This document shows, piece after piece, positions 16,912 through 23,431 of a stretch of 25,001 nucleotides of DNA; position 1 is the stretch's first letter; every line of letters begins with the position of its first letter. Below the pieces are notes generated by a model. The model was not told where the DNA came from. It ran no database searches and saw only the letters and a program-made list of their open reading frames with translations. Position numbers and translations under genes: made by a program. The stretch is taken from positions 1 to 25,001 of IMG/VR virus record IMGVR_UViG_3300031857_001280; one strand, 5' to 3'. The DNA comes from a virus. Its lineage: Duplodnaviria > Caudoviricetes.

Positions 16912-16964
16912 AACCCCGGTGCGTGACAGGCACCGGGTCTTTTTTCAAACTGGAGAGTGACATG
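16912..16964 (+). repeat. Terminator-hairpin + RBS repeat, copy 2
   Basis: CCCGGTGC-GTGACAG-GCACCGGG-TCTTTTTT-CAAACTGGAGAGTGAC-ATG; compensatory A-T to T-A change in the stem. Confidence 0.9.
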
Positions 16965-17153
16965 CAAATGGTAACACTGGTAAAGCTGGGCACACCCGGC
17001 ACCACGGGCACGGAAATCACCGTGCCCTTCAACGGGGACGAGTTCGAGTTTCTCGACCCGGCTTGGCGGGGTTTGGCACGCCAAGCGGCGTGCCTGCCGG
17101 ACGGCAAGATACGCGACGGCGACATGGTAGCGATTGTCTACTACAAACCGTAA
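16962..17153 (+). CDS. Small hypothetical cassette gene 2 (63 aa)
   Basis: Start reassigned to MQMVTLVK after the GGAG RBS of repeat copy 2. Confidence 0.7.
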   Translation: MQMVTLVKLGTPGTTGTEITVPFNGDEFEFLDPAWRGLARQAACLPDGKIRDGDMVAIVYYKP

Positions 17154-17172
17154 TGTCTGACAACGCTGTGAA

Positions 17173-17235
17173 GCGTAAGTAGTAACCCGGAGCGTGACAG
17201 GCTCCGGGTCTTTTTTCAAACTGGAGAACCACATG
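17173..17235 (+). repeat. Terminator-hairpin + RBS repeat, copy 3
   Basis: First 37 bp identical to copy 1; the 24 bp CCGGGTCTTTTTTCAAACTGGAGA are identical to copy 2. Confidence 0.9.
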
Positions 17236-17319
17236 AGTGACGACACAAAAGCAATCATCGGCGTGATCATCTTCGCACCCATCTTCTACTTCCTTCTGGT
17301 TGTAGTGATGTCCTTCTAA
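17233..17319 (+). CDS. 28-aa single-pass membrane peptide (cassette gene 3; not in the ORF track)
   Basis: MSDDTKAIIGVIIFAPIFYFLLVVVMSF*, with GGAG RBS from repeat copy 3 and a terminator directly after. Confidence 0.7.
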   Translation: MSDDTKAIIGVIIFAPIFYFLLVVVMSF

Positions 17320-17323
17320 CCAC

Positions 17324-17352
17324 AGCCCGCTTCGGCGGGCTTTTTCTTTTTT
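17324..17352 (+). terminator. Strong intrinsic terminator closing the cassette block
   Basis: AGCCCGC-TTCG-GCGGGCT followed by TTTTCTTTTTT. Confidence 0.9.
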
Positions 17353-17399
17353 CCAATCAGCAGGCGGGATAGAGAAGCAAGGGGACTCGCTTTCTTTCT

Positions 17400-18006
17400 G
17401 TGTGTTAACACACCATACGTCGGGGGTTTATAGCACCAGCCCTGCGATTATCGACGACTTTACATCGGGGGGACTAGGTTGCTTTACATTTCGCTGTAAC
17501 AATACGTGTAAAGTGTCAAGTAAGAGCTAACCTGACACAATCTAACTTTACACAGCAACAATCTATTTTTTACTTAACGCCGAAATGGTACTTTACATCA
17601 CATAACTTTACAAAACTAAGCGTGTCAAGTTACAAGAAAAGCCAATGAAATCAACCACTTACGAGAGTTTTGCCATGAGCCATGAGTGTAGTAACGATAT
17701 AGATGATATAGAAAATACATGTTTTTAACGTATACTACATAAACCCTGAGTTGGACTTCACAATTTCACATTATGGCATAAGAATCCTCCAACTTTTTAG
17801 CGCCACATTATCTCCAAAAACGTAGATTGTTTATATCGTCGTTCGTAACCCGTTGATTTCATTGGACTTTTACAATCTACGAGCAATCTAACTTGACACT
17901 TATTCATAGATTGTTTACAGCACTTCGTAGATTGTTGACGCGCGCCATGTCCCTTTAAGCTACTTTACACAACACATGTTCTTGGAAAACAGCGGACGAC
18001 TTGACA
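17400..18006. other. AT-rich non-coding region with iteron-like repeats; putative replication origin
   Basis: No ORF. About 11 copies of CTT(T/G)ACA in both orientations, 7 copies of CAATCTA/TAGATTG, a perfect 14-bp inverted repeat CCAATGAAATCAAC (17642-17655 / 17852-17865), and palindrome GTGTGTTAACACAC (17400-17413). Confidence 0.6.
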
Positions 18007-18029
18007 TTTTCGGCGGCGGCGGCGAGTCT
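18001..18029 (+). promoter_or_regulatory. Early promoter P2 (duplicate of P1)
   Basis: TTGACA-17 bp-GAGTCT, followed by a small hairpin GGCA-GCGA-TGCC and a degenerate boxA (GCTTTAACATT). Confidence 0.65.
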
Positions 18030-18086
18030 GGTTTTGGCAGCGATGCCGCTTTAACATTCTTTCAAACCAACCTTTAAGGAGCCATC

Positions 18087-18386
18087 ATGGCAAAGATTTA
18101 CCAAGGTAAAGTATCAGTGTTCAGCAACGCCAACAAACAGTTGGTTGTAAAGCCTGATGACAGTGGCAAGTTTGACCAAGCCAATGTCGCTGAACTTTAC
18201 AGCACTATGTTGACACTTGGCAAGAAACACAAGATGGATGTTCGTGTTTTCAAACCAGAGACTGAGACAGCCAAGTGCGACACTCCACTTCTAATGGCAG
18301 ATCGTTGGGGTAAACCCTACATCGCTCTGTTGCCAGAGCGCAAGGCTCCCGGTGCTGTCAAGGTCACTGTTCAAAAATTGGCTTAA
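18087..18386 (+). CDS. Early protein A2 (99 aa), paralog of 16341-16640
   Basis: TAAGGAG RBS; same length and motifs as A1. Confidence 0.85.
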   Translation: MAKIYQGKVSVFSNANKQLVVKPDDSGKFDQANVAELYSTMLTLGKKHKMDVRVFKPETETAKCDTPLLMADRWGKPYIALLPERKAPGAVKVTVQKLA

Positions 18387-18400
18387 CAAGGAGACACAAC

Positions 18401-18598
18401 ATGAAGACTACAGTCCTCCCCTACATTGCCCCTCGCAAACAGCGCAAGGAATCTATCCGCTATGTGGTCAAGTGGATACAGGGTGACACCATGTATTTCC
18501 AGTGGTTCAAACGTGACGACACAGCCTGTGCTTTTCAACAGCGCATGGTTGATGCTGGTTACGAGACTCGTTTACTGATGCACCCTGCATCCAAGTGA
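18401..18598 (+). CDS. Hypothetical protein (65 aa)
   Basis: AAGGAG RBS; follows A2. Confidence 0.75.
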   Translation: MKTTVLPYIAPRKQRKESIRYVVKWIQGDTMYFQWFKRDDTACAFQQRMVDAGYETRLLMHPASK

Positions 18599-18610
18599 AG
18601 ATTGCGGTTT

Positions 18611-18638
18611 GCAGTGTGCCGTCTCACACTGCGTTTTT
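18611..18638 (+). terminator. Intrinsic terminator-like hairpin
   Basis: GCAGTGTG-CCGTCT-CACACTGC, then GTTTTT, then ACTGGAG RBS (same hairpin/U-run/CTGGAG layout as the cassette repeats). Confidence 0.6.
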
Positions 18639-18653
18639 ACTGGAGCTTCGGCT

Positions 18654-18824
18654 ATGAAAGTTGCAATGACAGAACAGCGTTTCGTTACGCTGGAAGATGC
18701 TGGTTTCGAGGAGGACAACTCCTCAGAGCCAGTGCATGGACAGTACCTCAGCAGTGAGGGAAGCATATATGCTTACACTGACTGGTTCTACGACGGCGAT
18801 GAGTCGGCGTTCAGTATCGTTTGA
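18654..18824 (+). CDS. Small acidic hypothetical protein (56 aa)
   Basis: Start reassigned to MKVAMTEQ after GGAG; rich in D/E and aromatic residues. Confidence 0.65.
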   Translation: MKVAMTEQRFVTLEDAGFEEDNSSEPVHGQYLSSEGSIYAYTDWFYDGDESAFSIV

Positions 18825-18832
18825 TATGTCAA

Positions 18833-18861
18833 CTTACTGCCCTGTGACAGAGGGCAGTGGG
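18833..18861 (+). other. Intergenic hairpin with the same GTGACAG loop on a different stem
   Basis: ACTGCCCT-GTGACAG-AGGGCAGT (8 bp perfect, extendable with G-U pairs). Confidence 0.75.
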
Positions 18862-18900
18862 GTGCAATGTCGCACTGTTTCAACTATCGGAGCAAACGCT

Positions 18901-19248
18901 ATGAAGATTGCCAACAGAGACGCTAGGGGGTATGTCAAAAAGCAGCATCCCTTCCAAGGGAACAACATCTTCGCTCAGTTCCACACTGTCAACAACGAGG
19001 ACGGAACCAACGGGCCGGGGACATGGTATGCGGTTTACAGCTACGGGGATCACTGGCCGCTGTTTATCCATGCCGATGGCATCTGGTTCGAGAACGAGGA
19101 CACGTTCAGCAGAACAACAACCAAGCACAGGACACAGACCCATCCCCACTGCCCCACTGTGCTGTTGTCAGGTTGGTGGATGAAACGTCTAGTCAAAGGG
19201 GGTTATGCCGCCATTGCCAAAGAACGCATCCTAGCACTACTTCCGTGA
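18901..19248 (+). CDS. Hypothetical phage protein (115 aa)
   Basis: Start reassigned to MKIANRDA after GGAG; Y.VYSYG.HWPL and WFEN...S.TT.KH motifs. Confidence 0.75.
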   Translation: MKIANRDARGYVKKQHPFQGNNIFAQFHTVNNEDGTNGPGTWYAVYSYGDHWPLFIHADGIWFENEDTFSRTTTKHRTQTHPHCPTVLLSGWWMKRLVKGGYAAIAKERILALLP

Positions 19249-19261
19249 CAGGGGGTGCAGC

Positions 19262-19870
19262 ATGACCAAGGACGAACTGATTACCAAGCATCGTTACTTC
19301 AATGTAGAACACTCTGACTGGTGGGACTGTGCTTACAGCGACTTTACAGAGCAGATGACAGCCATTGGCATTGAAGTGGACAGGATTTACTTCAGTGGCT
19401 TTTGTTCACAGGGGGATGGTGCTTGCTTTGAGGGTAGGGTTGATGACTGGGACTTGTTCCTTGAGTCGTTAGGGTATACATCCCCAGCACTCAGCGTACT
19501 GGCCCAGAACTCCGGTTGGAAGTTCCACGTTACCCACAGTGGTCACTACTACCACGAGAACTGCACCAGCTTCAGCAGTACCAGCTACCTCGATCATCCA
19601 GACAACACAGATGCCACAGACGACAACGACTGGATTCGTTGGTGCAGTCCCTACAAGACCGACACCCAGAACGCTGCGTTTCTTGCTGTACTGCGTACAT
19701 ACGACATTGAAAGTTTACACAACGAGTTTGTAGAAGCATTCAAGTCTCACATGAGACAACTTTACAGGGACTTGGAGAAGGAGCATGACTACTTGACATC
19801 CGATGAGGTGGTGTGGGAATCACTGCAAGCCAATGATATGACCGATGAACTGGAGGAAACCAATGTCTGA
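19262..19870 (+). CDS. Acidic conserved mobile-element protein (family often auto-annotated 'antitoxin of toxin-antitoxin stability system')
   Basis: 202 aa with WWDC.Y.DF, IYFSGF.SQGDGACFEG and LY..LE.E.DYLTSDE.V.E...AN motifs recalled from that family; function not established. Confidence 0.6.
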   Translation: MTKDELITKHRYFNVEHSDWWDCAYSDFTEQMTAIGIEVDRIYFSGFCSQGDGACFEGRVDDWDLFLESLGYTSPALSVLAQNSGWKFHVTHSGHYYHENCTSFSSTSYLDHPDNTDATDDNDWIRWCSPYKTDTQNAAFLAVLRTYDIESLHNEFVEAFKSHMRQLYRDLEKEHDYLTSDEVVWESLQANDMTDELEETNV

Positions 19871-20078
19871 AGACTGTCACCTGCCTATCTGTACCCACTG
19901 CTATGCAGTCAGGGTAGAACCACAACGTGCCAAGACTCTACGACCCACCTGCATGACGTGTGGAGAGAAGTTGGCACGTCAAGTTAAACACACTGTGGCC
20001 CCGCTCAACAAGAGCAACTACATGTTGTTCACTGATCCGGCCATGCTCAAGCAACTTAACCCAAAGAGGACAACATGA
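19863..20078 (+). CDS. C4 zinc-finger protein (TraR/DksA-like cysteine spacing)
   Basis: 71 aa; CTHC-x16-CMTC followed by AR...HTVAPLNKSNY; GGAGG RBS. Confidence 0.65.
   Translation: MSEDCHLPICTHCYAVRVEPQRAKTLRPTCMTCGEKLARQVKHTVAPLNKSNYMLFTDPAMLKQLNPKRTT
20052..20078 (+). repeat. 27-bp direct repeat, copy 1
   Basis: CAACTTAACCCAAAGAGGACAACATGA; 25/27 identical to 20288-20314. Confidence 0.85.
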
Positions 20079-20314
20079 AAACAATGGAACTTGACCGCGA
20101 CATGGCGCTTGCCGCCGCACGACTGATGGAGAGCGAAGGCGGTAGCTTCGCAGGGCACATAGCAAGGGCGTTCTACTGCGCCGACACCGCCAACAGAGAG
20201 CTGTTACTCACTGCGTTCGATGACTTGTTCTGCAAGTTCTATCGCCAGCACCTACTCAACAAGATGTATGAAAGTTTCCGCACCGACCAACTTAACCCCA
20301 AGAGGACAGCATGA
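20075..20314 (+). CDS. Hypothetical phage protein (79 aa)
   Basis: GGSF...IA.A...AD..N...L..AF motif; ATGA overlaps at both ends. Confidence 0.8.
   Translation: MKTMELDRDMALAAARLMESEGGSFAGHIARAFYCADTANRELLLTAFDDLFCKFYRQHLLNKMYESFRTDQLNPKRTA
20288..20314 (+). repeat. 27-bp direct repeat, copy 2
   Basis: CAACTTAACCCCAAGAGGACAGCATGA. Confidence 0.85.
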
Positions 20315-20760
20315 GAGATTATCCAGACGCAGAAGATCAAAGCAATCGCTATTTTGCAGAAGCATTTCCTGATGCAGATGGCCCCGCCGAGTTGTATCGA
20401 CAAGTGTACAAATACACCGATTGCGGCGCGTACCTGAGCATAACCATTGAATATTTAGAAGTGTCGGGCACTTGCTTTGACGACTACCATGAACAGATGG
20501 TTCGCAAAACCATTAGCGGCGATGACTTGGACGATTTGAGAACTTGGCAAGCAATGGACGAGCGAGGTCAGTTGGCCGTGTCTTTTACTGTTGGGAGCAT
20601 CGTTGAGGGCGCTGATTACGACACTGATGAAATTGAAATTGAATCAAAGCAGTTGGAGGAAACACCCTCTGAATATCGAAAGCGATTTGATGAGGCACTG
20701 GAAGAGGTTGAGCAACAGGCCGAAGCAATTTGGCAAGACACGCATGGAGAGCAAGAATGA
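20311..20760 (+). CDS. Highly acidic hypothetical protein (149 aa)
   Basis: About 39 D/E versus about 12 K/R by hand count; ATGA-coupled. Confidence 0.8.
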   Translation: MRDYPDAEDQSNRYFAEAFPDADGPAELYRQVYKYTDCGAYLSITIEYLEVSGTCFDDYHEQMVRKTISGDDLDDLRTWQAMDERGQLAVSFTVGSIVEGADYDTDEIEIESKQLEETPSEYRKRFDEALEEVEQQAEAIWQDTHGEQE

Positions 20761-21161
20761 AAACATCTGAACTGACAGGACACGCCCTTGATTGGGCGGT
20801 GGCAAAGGCCGAAGGGTTGCTTGACCCCCGTGATTACTTCGGGAAGATGGTGCCTTCCGTAGTGCTCGACATGAAGTATTGGACAGACGGCACCCCTATC
20901 GTGCGGTTAAACCCATGCCCTGATGTGTACTACAAAGCCGAGTACGACCCATCAACCAAATGGCAACATGGCGGCCCGATCATTGAGGAGGAAGCCATCC
21001 AGCTAACGCCTGATGAGTACACGGGCACATGGACAGCCTACACCACACTGGAAGGCGAACCATACGAATACACCGGCCCCACTGCCTTGATCGCAGCCAT
21101 GCGGTGCTACGTTGCCAGCAAGCTGGGTGACAACATTGACTTACCGGAGGAACTCAAATGA
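20757..21161 (+). CDS. NinX / DUF2591-like phage protein
   Basis: Start MKTSELTGHALDWAVAKAEG; Y.PST.W..GGPIIE and GPT.LIAAMRCYVASKLGD motifs. Confidence 0.75.
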   Translation: MKTSELTGHALDWAVAKAEGLLDPRDYFGKMVPSVVLDMKYWTDGTPIVRLNPCPDVYYKAEYDPSTKWQHGGPIIEEEAIQLTPDEYTGTWTAYTTLEGEPYEYTGPTALIAAMRCYVASKLGDNIDLPEELK

Positions 21162-21370
21162 ACGAACCTGAACGCATCCGGCCCGCTGGCCGCTCTGCCA
21201 ATGACCCCTTGTGGCTATGTGTTGCACGGTGGGTATCCTATGTCATCTCGGCGACAGTCATCGGTGTACTGATGGCTGTGTTTCTGATCGAATGGATGGC
21301 TGGCTGTGGTGAAACTTACATCGACGCCAAGGGGGTACAGAATGTTAACGAGTGTGTATTCATCCGATAA
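21158..21370 (+). CDS. Small membrane protein (70 aa)
   Basis: Hydrophobic stretch VSYVISATVIGVLMAVFLIEWM, then GCGE...NECVF; GGAGG RBS. Confidence 0.75.
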   Translation: MNEPERIRPAGRSANDPLWLCVARWVSYVISATVIGVLMAVFLIEWMAGCGETYIDAKGVQNVNECVFIR

Positions 21371-21581
21371 CCTGCGGCTTTACATGCTGCGGTACGGCAA
21401 ACGTGGGGCACCAGTGCGTGACTCCACTGGCCGGATCATCTATTTCAACGACAAGGAGAGTGCAAAGCGACAGAGAAACGAACTCAACACGGGGGCAACC
21501 CCACCCATTTTTGTTGTATCCAATGGCCCTGACCATCAACCTAAATCCGAGAGGAAAATCAAATGCGAGCCACACTGCTGA
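21342..21581 (+). CDS. Hypothetical protein (79 aa)
   Basis: Probable ATG at 21342 after AGGGGG; YF.DK..AK..R and VVS.GPDH motifs; fills the gap before the ATPase. Confidence 0.6.
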   Translation: MLTSVYSSDNLRLYMLRYGKRGAPVRDSTGRIIYFNDKESAKRQRNELNTGATPPIFVVSNGPDHQPKSERKIKCEPHC

Positions 21582-22549
21582 AAGAAACCATCAAGTCCCT
21601 GTTCCCTATCACCCGTACCCTGTCCATTGAGGGTGCCCCCGGTGGTGGCAAGACAACCATCGTCCACGAGGCGGCACAGGAACTTGACATCCCCTGCATC
21701 GAACGTCACATGCCAACCATGCTTGTGGAGGACTTCGGTATTCTGTTCCCAGACAACACTGACAAGCTGAACTACCGCTTGCCTGACTGGTTCCCTGTCA
21801 AGGGCAAGTCCCCAGAGCAAGGCATCCTGCTGTTCGATGACCGCAACCAAGCTGGCCCTGATCTGCAAAAGGTTCTTGCCAACATCTGCCAAGCCCGGAC
21901 ACTGCATGGCACACCGATGCCTGATGGCTGGATGGTGGTGTCCACTGGTAACAGGCAAGCTGACCGTGCTGGTGCCAACCGAGTGCTGAGTCATCTGCGT
22001 AACCGTGAGACAGTGCTGGAGTTGGAGACACACCTTGACGACTGGACTTCATGGGCCATCAACCACGGTGTCAAGCCCGAGGTGATCAGCTTCATCCGCT
22101 TCCGTCCCGGTCTGTTGCATGACTTCGATCCACAGCGTGACCAGAACGCCACTCCCCGTGCTTGGGTTGACGGTGTGTCCGATGTGCTGGGTACAGTGCC
22201 ATCCGAGGCTGAGTTCGAGTGCTTTAAAGGTGCAGTTGGTGAGGGTGCAGCAGCCGAGTTCGTTGGCTTCGTTCGTATCTTCCGCAAGTTGCCCAACCCT
22301 GATGCCATCCTACTCAACCCCCAGACTGCTGACGTTCCCAAAGACCCTGCCACTCTGTATGCCTTGTCTGGTGCCATTGCACAGCGGGCCACTGAGTCCA
22401 ACTTCGAGAGGGTCTGCCAGTACAGCGAACGTATGCCCCCCGAGTTCAGTGTGCTGACAGTGAGCTATGCAGCACGGCGCAACCCTGACTTGGCTAACAC
22501 CCAAGCCTTCACCAAGTGGTCTATCAACCACCAAGACGTATTGTTTTAA
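21563..22549 (+). CDS. AAA+ ATPase (MoxR/dynein-related type)
   Basis: 328 aa; Walker A GAPGGGKT, Walker B ILLFDD, sensor-1 STGNR, arginine finger LRNR, sensor-2 TPRAW. Confidence 0.9.
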   Translation: MRATLLKETIKSLFPITRTLSIEGAPGGGKTTIVHEAAQELDIPCIERHMPTMLVEDFGILFPDNTDKLNYRLPDWFPVKGKSPEQGILLFDDRNQAGPDLQKVLANICQARTLHGTPMPDGWMVVSTGNRQADRAGANRVLSHLRNRETVLELETHLDDWTSWAINHGVKPEVISFIRFRPGLLHDFDPQRDQNATPRAWVDGVSDVLGTVPSEAEFECFKGAVGEGAAAEFVGFVRIFRKLPNPDAILLNPQTADVPKDPATLYALSGAIAQRATESNFERVCQYSERMPPEFSVLTVSYAARRNPDLANTQAFTKWSINHQDVLF

Positions 22550-22572
22550 TCAACCACAAAGGAGTGACGACT

Positions 22573-23421
22573 ATGAATCTCAACGACCGAGCACTGTTGG
22601 TGCAACTGAACGTGTCCCAGTGGACAGCCCGCAAGTACGACAAGAAGGCAACCAAGGAGGTGATCACCAGCCACGGCACGACTGCGGCTGCTGGGCGCTT
22701 TAACAAGGCGCTGCTCCCCATGTCTGACTTGCTGGATAACATCCACAAGAAGACGACCCACATCCGTACCAAGTACTACGACAACACCCTGCCTTGGGGT
22801 ATGGACGGCACCATGATGCTGCCCACTGCCAACTACCTGTCCTTCATGTCTGACTTCCGCAAGGAACGCAGCGAGTGGAACAGTCTGGTGCAGGACTTCA
22901 TCGACAACTACGACAGCCTCAAACTTGACGCTCAACGGATTCTTGGTAGTCTCTACGACCACTCGGACTACCCGCCAGTGCTTGAGTTGCGGCACAAGTT
23001 CCACATGGATATGGCTGTGTTCCCAGTGCCGAGTTCGGACTTCCGGGTAAGCATCGGCAGTGAAGAACTGACACGCATCCAGCAAGATGTTGAGCGGCGT
23101 GTGAAGGATGCAGAGCAGGCCGCGTTGAAGGATGTGTGGCAGCGACTGTACGACAGGGTGAAGCACATGGCTGAGAAGCTGGCCGATCCCAAGGCGATCT
23201 TCCGGGACTCCATGCTGGAGAACACTCGGGAAATCTGTGCCCTGCTGCCGAGACTTAACTTCAGCGATGACCCTCACTTGGAAGCCATGCGCCAACAAGT
23301 TGAGGCAACCTTGCTCAAGCATCCTGAAGCTCTGCGTAACGACCCCGATCTCAGGCAGGACACTGCTGCTGAGGCTAAGAAAATCATGGATGCAATGGGT
23401 GCGTTCATGGGACAACTGTAA
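22573..23421 (+). CDS. DUF3150-like helical protein
   Basis: Start MNLNDRALLVQLNVSQW after AAGGAG; W...K.D, TLPW...G...LP, DYP....L..KF, ...LP.LN...DP.L; sits between the AAA+ and vWA genes. Confidence 0.6.
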   Translation: MNLNDRALLVQLNVSQWTARKYDKKATKEVITSHGTTAAAGRFNKALLPMSDLLDNIHKKTTHIRTKYYDNTLPWGMDGTMMLPTANYLSFMSDFRKERSEWNSLVQDFIDNYDSLKLDAQRILGSLYDHSDYPPVLELRHKFHMDMAVFPVPSSDFRVSIGSEELTRIQQDVERRVKDAEQAALKDVWQRLYDRVKHMAEKLADPKAIFRDSMLENTREICALLPRLNFSDDPHLEAMRQQVEATLLKHPEALRNDPDLRQDTAAEAKKIMDAMGAFMGQL

Positions 23422-23431
23422 GGAGAGACTG

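Noticed and set aside
16635-17235. CRISPR array interpretation of the three palindromic repeats
   Set aside because: Intervening segments are over 200 bp and are ORFs with RBSs, the repeats end in U-runs, and no cas genes are present.
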